From: an uncultured bacterium
GTDB taxonomy: Bacteria > SAR324 > NAC60-12
Direction: 5' to 3'
NCBI GenBank assembly: GCA_965662235.1
Contig: CBFIGY010000002.1
Location: 1-64,000 of the forward strand
DNA: 64,000 bases
Part shown: positions 39,752-48,596 of the stretch, one piece after another
How positions within the stretch are numbered: position 1 is the first letter of the stretch
Layout: each line of letters opens with the position of its first letter
Made by a program: the position numbers and the translations under genes
Notes under the pieces: model-generated
What the model was told of the DNA's origin: nothing
What the model saw: the letters and a program-made list of their open reading frames with translations, nothing else
Databases searched by the model: none

Positions 39752-39761
39752 GAGGGCCTTT

Positions 39762-40757
39762 TTATTCCGTTGCCTGGCCTAGGCGGGTTTTCCAGAAGAC
39801 CAGCAGCACCAGACTCAGCAGCACCAGCACCACAATCGTGACAATGCCATAAACCTGCGCCTGCACGGCAATACCACTGACGGTCAACTCGGCCGCAGTG
39901 GCGGTGCCGGCTTTGCCCTTCCACACCCGGAACTGCGTCCCACCCATCGACTGTTCGCCGGTGTATTCCAGTTGATCCGACTGAATCGTCAGGTCATCCA
40001 GAGCGGTGAAGGCGCTCAGCAGTTCCAGCGAGTGCTTGAGCGGACGCACCACCGTGGCTTGTCCAAACAGAGCGGGCAGTTGGTACTGATAAAGAATCTG
40101 CCGGCCTCCCGGAGGAAAGAGGCGGGTGATGGAAAGCTGGTTGCCAGAGAGTTGGTAATCCTCTCCCTCCTTCGCCTCCAGCATCCGGAAGCTCCGGAAA
40201 CCATCGGGCAGCTCCACCACCAGTGGTGTCTCCGAGGTATCAATCCGGTCCTGCGTGGGGTTGCTGATGCTCAGCACCTCGGTCATCTGCAACAGCCCAA
40301 TGCCGCCCTCGAAGACAAGGGACGTTTGCTCAATGTCGAGCTTCGCCGTGTCGGTTGAGGTGGTTGGCGGCTGGATGTTCACCTCAAAGGTCACCCGGTC
40401 GGGAGACATGAAGAACAGCTCGGAGCTGACCAGTTCTCCGTTGATCCGGGACCCTAGGCGGTAGGCGGCTCGCATCTCCCGAGGAACATCGGCAAAACGG
40501 AACTGCCCCTGTGCGTCACTCTTGATCCGCGCCACTGGCCCCGTTGTGTTCACATTTCCCTGATCATCGACCACAAACTTCAGCAGCACCACGTCCAGCC
40601 CCCCCGGAGGAATGGCGGTTGCGTCCACTTGCACCTGCCCTTCCACCGTCACCGTTGGGGACGCGGCTGGGCCCTGTTGCGGAGCGGGCAGTTCCTGGGC
40701 TGAGAGGAGCACCGCTGAGCCAAGCAGCAGCAGTCCCATTCCTAAAGCTTTCATCAT
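39762..40757 (-). CDS. Exported beta-rich protein with C-terminal membrane anchor
   Basis: Signal peptide, SDAQGQFRF (carboxypeptidase-regulatory-like), C-terminal TM followed by KTR. Confidence 0.7.
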   Translation of the reverse strand: MMKALGMGLLLLGSAVLLSAQELPAPQQGPAASPTVTVEGQVQVDATAIPPGGLDVVLLKFVVDDQGNVNTTGPVARIKSDAQGQFRFADVPREMRAAYRLGSRINGELVSSELFFMSPDRVTFEVNIQPPTTSTDTAKLDIEQTSLVFEGGIGLLQMTEVLSISNPTQDRIDTSETPLVVELPDGFRSFRMLEAKEGEDYQLSGNQLSITRLFPPGGRQILYQYQLPALFGQATVVRPLKHSLELLSAFTALDDLTIQSDQLEYTGEQSMGGTQFRVWKGKAGTATAAELTVSGIAVQAQVYGIVTIVVLVLLSLVLLVFWKTRLGQATE

Positions 40758-41098
40758 GTTCCGGTTCAGGGAGTCAGTCGGGTGTCAAAATGGGCCAAAC
40801 GTTCGGATCCGTGCCGAGCAGGCGTCCTGGATGGCGAGGGATATTGGCCCTTTAGCATGAACGGATTTGCGCCCCGTTCAAAGACGAAACTTTCCGCAGC
40901 CTGCCTGTGGGAAGATGAAGCCCTCCCTCATCCGGAGCCCGCAGACGCCCTGCTTGTTCGCCCGGAGGCATTCGAGTATGCTGAGACTCAGCCCCTGACC
41001 CCTTCGTTCGTGTTCAGGGAAGTCGTTTGCTGCCAACCTCCTCTCCAAGAGGAGCGTGGCCGGACTCTCTATGGACCTTCAGCCTCGTAAACCCAACC

Positions 41099-42859
41099 AT
41101 GCCCACGCTTCTTCCTGACTCCACCCTCTCGACCCTCGGACTGGACGCCTTTCTCCTCAGCACCGCCGATGAGCACCTCAACGAGTACACCCCGCTCCAC
41201 AACCGGCGTCTGGAAGCGGCCACAGGATTTTCCGGGTCTGCGGGCAGCGTGGTCTTTGTTCGTGAAGGAACCCCACAGCTATTTGTTGACTCACGCTACC
41301 ACGTCCAGGCGGATCAGCAGTGTGGCACCGGATTCCACATTCAGAAGCTGGGCAACGAAGGGGTCCCGGAGCCTCACGAATGGCTGGCTCAGCAGTCTGG
41401 CGCCTGGAAGATCGGGGTGGATCCCTTTCTGATGAGCCCCCGGGCCTGGAAGCGTTTGGAAACCGCCCTGGCGGGCTCCGAGCATCAGCTGGTTCCGGTC
41501 ACGCCCAACCCGGTGGACGCGCTCTGGACCGACCGACCGGCCCCGGCCAAGAGCCTCCCCTATGCCCTGCCCCTGGAGTGGACCGGCGTCGCGGCTGAAG
41601 CCAAGCTGGCACAGGTGCGTCGCGCCATGGAGCACCACCAGGCGGAGGCCCTGCTCCTGACAATGCTGGATGAAATTGCGTGGCTGCTGAACCTGCGGGG
41701 GGCCGATGTCACCCACACTCCGGTGTTTGAAGCCTACGTTGCCATTTTCCCGGACCAGGCGGTGTGCTTCTGTCACCACCCGGACAAGATGCCCTCGTGT
41801 CCAGAGTGGACGTTTCGCCCTTATGAGGAATACTTTCCCTTTCTGCAAACCCTGACCGACGTGCCCAAGGTATGGCTCGATCCTTCCGGAGTTACCGTGG
41901 GAACCCGTCAGGCGTTCCGGGAAGAACAGTTGCTGGAACGAGAGAGTCCCGTGGTGCTGCCTCGGGCGTTGAAGAACACCGCTGAGCTGTCGTGCATCCG
42001 GACGGCCCATCAACGGGCCGCCTGCGCCCTCATTCGCAGTTTCGCGTGGCTCGACCGCTCTCTGGCTGCCGGAGAAGCCCTGAGTGAAAAAGCCTTTGCC
42101 GACTACCTCTACGATCAGTATGCCCAAGAAGAAGGCTTTACGGACCTCAGCTTTGGAACCATTGCCGGAGCCGGAAGCAACGGCGCTATTGTCCACTACG
42201 GCACACCCAGCGCTCAGAAAGCCCTGGTTGCAGAAGAAATGCTGCTGGTGGATTCAGGAATTCAGTGCGCTGGTGGCACAACAGACTGCACCCGAACGGT
42301 CTCCCTTGGCACTCCTTCGGCATCACAGCGACACGCCTACACCCGGGTGTTGCAAGCACACCTCCGGCTCGGACACCAAGTCTTTCCCGAAGGCACCAAT
42401 GGCACACAGCTGGACGCAGTGGTCCGTTCCGGGCTCTGGAACGACGGCATGGACTTTGGGCACGGCACCGGACACGGCGTCGGCGCCTTCCTCGGGGTAC
42501 ATGAGGGGCCGCAACGCATCTCTCCGCAGTCTCATGAAGTCGCGTTTCAAGAGGGAATGGTGGTTTCCAACGAGCCCGGATTTTATCAATCTGGCTGGGG
42601 CGGCATCCGCATTGAGAACCTCTGTGCCGTCCAAGGCGTCCAGGCGCAGAACTTCCCGACGCACCCGGGAGGTCGGCGCTGGCTGAACTTTGAAACCCTG
42701 ACGCTGGTTCCGTATGACCTTCGTCTGATTGACCAAGACCTCCTCAGCGCCGAGGAGCAACGCTGGCTGGAAACCTACCATCAGCGGGTCTATCACGAAA
42801 TTCATCCGCTTCTTGAAGCTCGCGATCAGGACTGGCTCCGGAGCGCCTGTGGCCTCTGA
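41099..42859 (+). CDS. Xaa-Pro aminopeptidase (M24B, aminopeptidase P)
   Basis: DEHLNEY, GFSGSAG, DSRY, DSG..GTTDCTRT, HGTGHGVG, VHEGP, NEPG, GIRIEN. Confidence 0.93.
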   Translation: MPTLLPDSTLSTLGLDAFLLSTADEHLNEYTPLHNRRLEAATGFSGSAGSVVFVREGTPQLFVDSRYHVQADQQCGTGFHIQKLGNEGVPEPHEWLAQQSGAWKIGVDPFLMSPRAWKRLETALAGSEHQLVPVTPNPVDALWTDRPAPAKSLPYALPLEWTGVAAEAKLAQVRRAMEHHQAEALLLTMLDEIAWLLNLRGADVTHTPVFEAYVAIFPDQAVCFCHHPDKMPSCPEWTFRPYEEYFPFLQTLTDVPKVWLDPSGVTVGTRQAFREEQLLERESPVVLPRALKNTAELSCIRTAHQRAACALIRSFAWLDRSLAAGEALSEKAFADYLYDQYAQEEGFTDLSFGTIAGAGSNGAIVHYGTPSAQKALVAEEMLLVDSGIQCAGGTTDCTRTVSLGTPSASQRHAYTRVLQAHLRLGHQVFPEGTNGTQLDAVVRSGLWNDGMDFGHGTGHGVGAFLGVHEGPQRISPQSHEVAFQEGMVVSNEPGFYQSGWGGIRIENLCAVQGVQAQNFPTHPGGRRWLNFETLTLVPYDLRLIDQDLLSAEEQRWLETYHQRVYHEIHPLLEARDQDWLRSACGL

Positions 42860-43700
42860 TTGGACCTTTCCGGTACGCCTGCAGACACCGGCCAAGATCA
42901 ACCCGGTTCTGGACATTTTGGAGAAGCGCCCCGACGGCTTTCATGAGCTGTTCATGCACTTGGTTCCGGTGAGCTTCTACGACGAGCTGACCGTCACACC
43001 GGCGCCGGAATTCACCCTTGACGTGGAGGGCGCCGACTTCTCCGGCGCCGTTGAGGAGAACCTCGTCTTTCGAGCCGCCCGACTGTTTGAGGCCCACAGC
43101 GGGCAGGCCGTCCACTGGCACCTGCACCTGCGCAAGCGCATTCCATCCGGAGCCGGGCTCGGAGGTGGCAGCTCCGATGCCGCAGCAGCCCTGCGGGTCC
43201 TGAATCAGCTGCACGGCCAGGTGCTTCCGGACCCGGTGCTCCATGAACTCGCGTTGGAGTTGGGCGCCGATGTTCCGTTTTTCCTCAATCCACGTCCCTC
43301 CATTGCTACGGGGCGAGGGGAGCGACTCACGCCTTTGGAGCCCTATCCGGAAGCGGAGTTGCTGCTGATCACGCCTCCGTTTCCCATTGCCACCGGCCCT
43401 GCCTATCAGGCGTGTCAGCCGCTGCGGCAACCCCCGCCCCCGCCCCCCACGAGCCTTCTCGAGCTCGCACAAGGTCTGCGGAACCGCTTTGAGGTTTCCT
43501 TGCTGGACGCCTACCCTGCGCTTCAGCACCTAAAGGAGCAGTTGAAACAACATGGCGCAATTGGTGCATCCGTGAGCGGAAGTGGCTCCACTGTGTTTGG
43601 AGTCTTTCCAGACGGACCGACGCGAGACCAGGCCTGGCAGGTGCTCACCTCTCAGAACCTAGGACGCCTCCAGCGGTGTCGCATCCTGTCCTCAGGCTAA
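42849..43700 (+). CDS. ispE: 4-diphosphocytidyl-2C-methyl-D-erythritol kinase
   Basis: PAKIN, KRIPSGAGLGGGSSDAA, LGADVPFF, SGSGSTVF. Confidence 0.95.
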   Translation: MASDWTFPVRLQTPAKINPVLDILEKRPDGFHELFMHLVPVSFYDELTVTPAPEFTLDVEGADFSGAVEENLVFRAARLFEAHSGQAVHWHLHLRKRIPSGAGLGGGSSDAAAALRVLNQLHGQVLPDPVLHELALELGADVPFFLNPRPSIATGRGERLTPLEPYPEAELLLITPPFPIATGPAYQACQPLRQPPPPPPTSLLELAQGLRNRFEVSLLDAYPALQHLKEQLKQHGAIGASVSGSGSTVFGVFPDGPTRDQAWQVLTSQNLGRLQRCRILSSG

Positions 43701-43716
43701 AACCACCAGCAAAAGG

Positions 43717-44424
43717 ATGAAGAGCGCCGTGTTGTTCCGAAAGTCGCTTGTTCCCGTTCTCTTGACCCTCCTGACCGTGTTTGTTGTCGGCTGTGGCGCT
43801 CCTGCCCGCATGAAGACCGCCCAGCAGTATGGCATCAAGGACAACAAGCCTCAGGTGTGGACACAAAGCAATCCTCAGATCCAGAAGTACGTCAAGCGCT
43901 ACAGCAAAAGCAGCCACGTCCGCATTTGCTTGGAGCGCGCCAACGACAACGATTACCTGCCTTACATTCACCGGGTGCTCTTCAAGTACCGTTTGCCTCC
44001 GGAACTGGCCCTGCTGCCCATTCTTGAATCCTGCTATGACACCAAGGCCGATTCGGGACACGCGCGGGGCATGTGGCAGTTCACCAAGGCCACGGCACAG
44101 GACTACGGACTCCGGGTGGGGTGGCTTTCGGATGACCGCCTGAACTGGCGCAAGTCGACCCACTCTGCCGCCAAGTACCTCAGCGTGCTGGGGAAGCGCT
44201 TCAACCACAACTGGGAGCTTGCGCTTGCGGCCTACAACGGAGGCCCCAACTACCTCGACCGGCAGATGAAGAAACAGAAGACTTGGAACTTTTGGGAGCT
44301 GGAGCTTCGTGAGGAGACCGCCCAGTACGTTCCCAAATTCATCGCGATGCTACAGGTGGCCCGGAAGTACTACCCAGAGTTGTACTACGAAGGAGGCCCC
44401 CGGTTCTGGAAAAATGCCAGCTAG
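43717..44424 (+). CDS. Lytic transglycosylase (MltD-like SLT, no LysM), probable lipoprotein
   Basis: VVGC lipobox, ILES, GMWQF, LAAYNGG, ETAQYVPK. Confidence 0.9.
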   Translation: MKSAVLFRKSLVPVLLTLLTVFVVGCGAPARMKTAQQYGIKDNKPQVWTQSNPQIQKYVKRYSKSSHVRICLERANDNDYLPYIHRVLFKYRLPPELALLPILESCYDTKADSGHARGMWQFTKATAQDYGLRVGWLSDDRLNWRKSTHSAAKYLSVLGKRFNHNWELALAAYNGGPNYLDRQMKKQKTWNFWELELREETAQYVPKFIAMLQVARKYYPELYYEGGPRFWKNAS

Positions 44425-44444
44425 GTCCGAGGCGGAAACATGGC

Positions 44445-44473
44445 TTGATTCTGGGGACCTCTGCTGATAGTTT
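44445..44473 (+). promoter_or_regulatory. Candidate sigma70 promoter of fliL operon
   Basis: TTGATT-N17-TAGTTT with TGn extension. Confidence 0.4.
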
Positions 44474-44571
44474 CAGCGGTTGTTCCCAGATCCTAATGGA
44501 GGCCTCCCTGCTCAGGAAACGCAGGAGCCCTCTGGAACTTCAAAACTGATTTAATTGACGAAGGAGATCGC

Positions 44572-45078
44572 ATGGCGGAAGAAGAAGGCGGCGGCGGCGG
44601 CGGCGGCGGTGGTAAGAAGAAGCTGATCATCATCATCGTTGCCGTTGTCCTGCTTCTGGTCATTGCCATCGTGGCGTTCCTCCTCCTATCGGGTGGAGAC
44701 GAGGAGGCCGCATTACCTGAGGAAGAAAAACCTGTGGCGGTAGAGGCCGAGCCTCTGGCCGCGCCGATCTTCCTATCGTTAGACAGCTTTGTGGTCAACC
44801 TCAAAGATGGACGTCGGTACCTCAAGACCACAATGCAATTGATGCTGAGTGACCCCGCAGCCAGCGCCTACCTGACCGCGCGTCTGGTCGAAGTGAAGGA
44901 CGTTGTCCTGACCGAGCTTCAGGAGCTTTCTGCGGAAGACGTGAGCCAGGCTTCAGCCCGTGAAGCGCTGAAACAACGCCTGATTACCTCAATCAGCAAA
45001 CTCTTCCCTCCCAAACCGGAATGGGAGGATCCGGAACCCATCAAAAAGGTTCTGTTTGAGGAGTTCGTCCTCCAGTGA
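44572..45078 (+). CDS. fliL: Flagellar basal body protein FliL
   Basis: Gly9-KKK then TM, FVVNL, RYLK, VLFEEFVLQ; AAGGAG RBS. Confidence 0.92.
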   Translation: MAEEEGGGGGGGGGKKKLIIIIVAVVLLLVIAIVAFLLLSGGDEEAALPEEEKPVAVEAEPLAAPIFLSLDSFVVNLKDGRRYLKTTMQLMLSDPAASAYLTARLVEVKDVVLTELQELSAEDVSQASAREALKQRLITSISKLFPPKPEWEDPEPIKKVLFEEFVLQ

Positions 45079-45106
45079 CGTTCGGGGCTGACACTACGGG
45101 GGTCGC

Positions 45107-45562
45107 ATGGCGAATGCAATTGCGCTTCGTTTAAGAAGCCACTATCGTGGGCTCGGGCTCGCTGTCCTCCTGCTGCTGAGCAGCGGGAGCAGCTGGGGCC
45201 AGGCGCCGCCCTCTGCATTGCGGGAAGGGCCTCCTCCCATCGAAAAGCCCCTCTACACGGACTTGGGGACGTTCATCGTCAACATGCCGGGAGACAAGTA
45301 CTTTCTCAAGGGGAGCATTCAGATCGTCTTTGCGGAATCCGCTCCCAAATCGTGGCTGGATGCTCGGTTGCCGATTGTGAAGGACATGGTCATCAGCCAC
45401 CTCCAGTCCATTACCGTGGACCAGTTTGATGACCTGAAGAACCGGAATCGCCTCCGGATCAGCCTCCAGAATCGCATCAACTCCCTCTTTCCCAACAACC
45501 CTGGGTGGGAAGACACACAGCCGGTCCGGAAAGTACTGTTCCTTGAACTCTACAGACAGTGA
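45107..45562 (+). CDS. fliL: Second FliL paralog
   Basis: FIVNM, FLK, RLPIVKD, KVLFLELYRQ. Confidence 0.8.
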   Translation: MANAIALRLRSHYRGLGLAVLLLLSSGSSWGQAPPSALREGPPPIEKPLYTDLGTFIVNMPGDKYFLKGSIQIVFAESAPKSWLDARLPIVKDMVISHLQSITVDQFDDLKNRNRLRISLQNRINSLFPNNPGWEDTQPVRKVLFLELYRQ

Positions 45563-45592
45563 ACCCGATCCTACTTGCTTGGCAGTATTCTC

Positions 45593-46018
45593 ATGGCAGA
45601 AGAAGAAAATTTAGAAAATCTGGATGATCTGGACTGGTCCGATGTCGAGAACGAGCTCAAGGCCAATCGCGAGCAAATCCTCTCTCAGGCAGAAGATGAC
45701 GACGAAGAAGGCGATGCGCCCTCTTCCGGAGCCGCCGCTTCTCCGTCCTCCTTCAGCGGTGACGTGGACATTGACTTCCTCTTGGACGTCATGCTGGACA
45801 TCACCGTGGAGGTGGGCCGGACACAGATGGTCATTGACGACCTGCTGAAGCTGGACCAGGCGTCCATCATCGAGCTACAAAGCTCCGTTGGTCAGCCCCT
45901 CGACATCCGGGTGAACGGAAAGCTGGTGGCACGCGGTGAAATTGCCGTGGTGAACGAAAAATTTGCGGTCCGGATCACGGATGTGGTGAGTCCCGACGAT
46001 CGCTTTGCCGCCCTCTAA
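45593..46018 (+). CDS. fliN: Flagellar motor switch protein FliN
   Basis: LLDVMLDITVEVGRT, PLDIRVNGKLVARGE, FAVRIT. Confidence 0.92.
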   Translation: MAEEENLENLDDLDWSDVENELKANREQILSQAEDDDEEGDAPSSGAAASPSSFSGDVDIDFLLDVMLDITVEVGRTQMVIDDLLKLDQASIIELQSSVGQPLDIRVNGKLVARGEIAVVNEKFAVRITDVVSPDDRFAAL

Positions 46019-46028
46019 ACGGACCTCA

Positions 46029-47180
46029 ATGAAGCGCTTCCTCCTGCTTGTCTTCTTGGTGAGTTGGTTGCCCGGTTTGCTGGTGGCCAACACCCTCACC
46101 CGTATGGAGTTGCGCTCAGACACCCTTCAGGATCAGCTCATCCTTGAGTTTTCCAATGAGGTGGTTGAGGACCCCATCATCAATTTTGATCTTTCCAACC
46201 TGTCGTTGCGTTTTGCACAGACGGATGTGGCGGAAGGGGTTCCGGACATGACGCGTCCGGAGCAGCACCCGCTGATTCGAGCCATCCGCATCTCGCCCTC
46301 CAACGACAGCACGTTGGTCGACCTCATCCTCCGGTCCTCGGCCTCAAATCTGCCGACGCCTGAAATCACCATTGCTTCTAAAAGCCTCACGCTGCTGCTG
46401 AAGCGCCCTCCCCTTGCTCCGGCGGAGCCCACTCCCGAAGTGGAGGGACTGACACAGGCGTTGGATGAACGCATCCGCTCCGGAGACCCCTTTCTCACCA
46501 CCTTTACGCGCGAAGACGGCTCTGTGGTCAACAACGCGCCCGAGGTGATGGCGGAGGACAACTGGACCTCGACCCTGCTGATGATGGTCCTGGCCCTGCT
46601 GTTCATCCTCTTCCTGATCTACCTGCTGGCGTGGTCCTACAACAAGTTCCTTTCGACCCGCTTCCGGTCGCCTCAGAACCGAGTCCAGATCAAGGTCGCG
46701 TCCACCTACCATCTCGCGCCCAAGCAAAAGGTTGTGGTGCTCGACATGAACGGGCAGCTCTTTGCGTGTGGCATCACCCCGACCTCCATCAACCTGATCT
46801 CGGTGCTGCAGGACGAGAACGATCAGTCGTTCCTGAAGCCTGCTCCGGAGAAAGCAGAACCGCCCAGCCTAGAACAGTCGAAGGCGGAGTTCCTGAAAGC
46901 CCTAGAGGCCGCTCGCAAGCACACTCAGGCCCTGGCCTCTGAAGAAGGAGCCACCGCTCCGTCAACGGCTCCAGCGGCGCCGTCCACCAGCGCGCCGGCC
47001 GCTCAGGAGCCGCCTGCAGCTCGTCCTGCAGAGCCACCTAAGGCCAGTTCTCCGTATCAAACACCGGTCCAGCCTCCCGTTCAGGAAGCCGTGCTTGCCA
47101 CTGCCGAGGAAGCCCCCCCCAAGAACGATGCTGCCGAAAAGTTCCTGGACCGCTTCCGTACGCTCAAACCGATCCGCTAG
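46029..47180 (+). CDS. fliO: FliO with extended periplasmic N-terminal domain
   Basis: Between fliN and fliP; TM then LAPKQKVVVL..GITPTSINLI. Confidence 0.8.
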   Translation: MKRFLLLVFLVSWLPGLLVANTLTRMELRSDTLQDQLILEFSNEVVEDPIINFDLSNLSLRFAQTDVAEGVPDMTRPEQHPLIRAIRISPSNDSTLVDLILRSSASNLPTPEITIASKSLTLLLKRPPLAPAEPTPEVEGLTQALDERIRSGDPFLTTFTREDGSVVNNAPEVMAEDNWTSTLLMMVLALLFILFLIYLLAWSYNKFLSTRFRSPQNRVQIKVASTYHLAPKQKVVVLDMNGQLFACGITPTSINLISVLQDENDQSFLKPAPEKAEPPSLEQSKAEFLKALEAARKHTQALASEEGATAPSTAPAAPSTSAPAAQEPPAARPAEPPKASSPYQTPVQPPVQEAVLATAEEAPPKNDAAEKFLDRFRTLKPIR

Positions 47181-47183
47181 ACT

Positions 47184-47954
47184 GTGAAGCTCTCCATTCT
47201 TGCCCCCTCGGGTCTGAAACGAGGCCTGCTCCTTGGCATGCTTCTGGGCATGGCGAGTTGGGCGTGGGCGCAGTCGCCCATTCCAGGCATCAACATTACG
47301 GTTGATCAAGCGGACACGCCTCAGCAAGTGGCCACTTCCCTCCAGATCGTCTTCCTTTTGACGATTCTGACGCTGGCGCCCGCCTTGCTGATCATGACCA
47401 CCTCCTTCACCCGCTTCGCGATCGTCCTGTCGCTGCTCCGGCAAGCGATTGGAACGCCTCAGGTCCCGTCCAACCAGATCATCATTGGGATGTCCCTGTT
47501 CCTCACGCTGTTTGTGATGATGCCGGTGTATGAAGAGGTCAACCGCGACGCGCTGCAGCCGTACCTGAACGACCAGATTGCTCAACAGGAGTTTCTGGAC
47601 AAGGCCGTTGCGCCGATCAAGCGGTACATGCAGAAGTACACCCGGGAGAAGGACCTGGCGTTGTTTGTCCGGATCGCCCGTTTGGAACGTCCCCGTACCA
47701 TTGATGACGTCCCCGTCTGGGTCGTCATCCCTGCTTTCATGATCAGCGAGCTGAAGACGGCCTTTCAGATTGGCTTTCTCCTCTATGTGCCGTTTCTCGT
47801 GATCGACATGGTCGTCTCTGCGGTCCTCATGGCCATGGGGATGATGATGATGCCGCCCATCATGATCTCTCTTCCATTCAAGCTCATGCTGTTTGTTTTA
47901 GTGGACGGGTGGCACTTGATTGTCGGGTCCCTTGTCCGCAGCATTGCCGGGTAG
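47184..47954 (+). CDS. fliP: Flagellar export protein FliP
   Basis: MTTSFTR, PAFMISELKTAFQIGF, PFKLMLFVLVDGW. Confidence 0.97.
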   Translation: MKLSILAPSGLKRGLLLGMLLGMASWAWAQSPIPGINITVDQADTPQQVATSLQIVFLLTILTLAPALLIMTTSFTRFAIVLSLLRQAIGTPQVPSNQIIIGMSLFLTLFVMMPVYEEVNRDALQPYLNDQIAQQEFLDKAVAPIKRYMQKYTREKDLALFVRIARLERPRTIDDVPVWVVIPAFMISELKTAFQIGFLLYVPFLVIDMVVSAVLMAMGMMMMPPIMISLPFKLMLFVLVDGWHLIVGSLVRSIAG

Positions 47955-47957
47955 CTT

Positions 47958-48230
47958 ATGACTGAAGCCTTTGTCACCTCCATGATGCTGGAGGCCATCC
48001 GGATGACCACGCTCCTGTCGGCGCCGTTGCTGCTGTCAGCGCTCTTTGTCGGCCTCCTCATCTCCATCTTCCAGGCCGTGACCCAGATTCAGGAGCAGAC
48101 GCTGGCCATCATTCCCAAGATGGCCGCCATCCTAGGGGTGCTGGCAGCGCTGTTTCCATGGATGCTGGCGCAGGCCTCGGCTTACATGGGAGCCGTGTTC
48201 ACAAACTTTCCGAATTACCTAGGGGGATAG
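47958..48230 (+). CDS. fliQ: Flagellar export protein FliQ
   Basis: GLLISIFQAVTQIQEQTL..IPK, PWM. Confidence 0.97.
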   Translation: MTEAFVTSMMLEAIRMTTLLSAPLLLSALFVGLLISIFQAVTQIQEQTLAIIPKMAAILGVLAALFPWMLAQASAYMGAVFTNFPNYLGG

Positions 48231-48385
48231 CGGAAGCGTTCCGCTGGAGTCGGGGAGTGGGGACTAAAGAGGGAGGTGCCTCGCCTGGAAAAGACAGGGG
48301 GGGAACTTTCCAGGCGAGGCGACGTGCCGCTTGAGGTCAGAGGAACAGGGAAGGTTCCCTCTGGTCAGTCGGCACGTGTCCGGAC
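48229..48385. ncRNA. Putative structured RNA element (three hairpins, GGA-rich on +, C-rich loops on -)
   Basis: Stems 48229-48245, 48278-48320 (perfect 14 bp) and 48322-48377; two loops share ACAGGG(G)nAA; no U tract on either strand. Confidence 0.45.
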
Positions 48386-48388
48386 GGC

Positions 48389-48583
48389 TCAGGCTTGATC
48401 TGCCAAGCTGGCAAAACCTTTCAACTCTTCCGTGTCCTCATAGTCGCTGAGCAGCATGTCTTCGTAGCTTTCAAAGACCATGTTGGACGTTGGGGCTTCG
48501 ATCTTGTTGATCGTCCCCCCTTTCTCAAAGAAACGGGCCATTGCGTCGTTGATGTCATCCCGAGTGATGCGTCCGTTTTCCAT
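48389..48583 (-). CDS. Small SutA-like protein (64 aa)
   Basis: AGGAGGTG RBS; RDDINDAMARFFEKGGTINKIE resembles the SutA helix-GG-strand motif; acidic tail. Confidence 0.7.
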   Translation of the reverse strand: MENGRITRDDINDAMARFFEKGGTINKIEAPTSNMVFESYEDMLLSDYEDTEELKGFASLADQA

Positions 48584-48596
48584 TTCACCTCCTGAT

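Noticed and set aside
43701..43716. Expected tRNA-Gln after ispE
   Set aside because: Only 16 bp of spacer; no tRNA here and none recognised elsewhere in the window.
44587..44613. (GGC)7(GGT)2 tract as a phase-variation repeat
   Set aside because: In-frame trinucleotide encoding a Gly linker before KKK, common in FliL N-termini; slippage would not shift frame.
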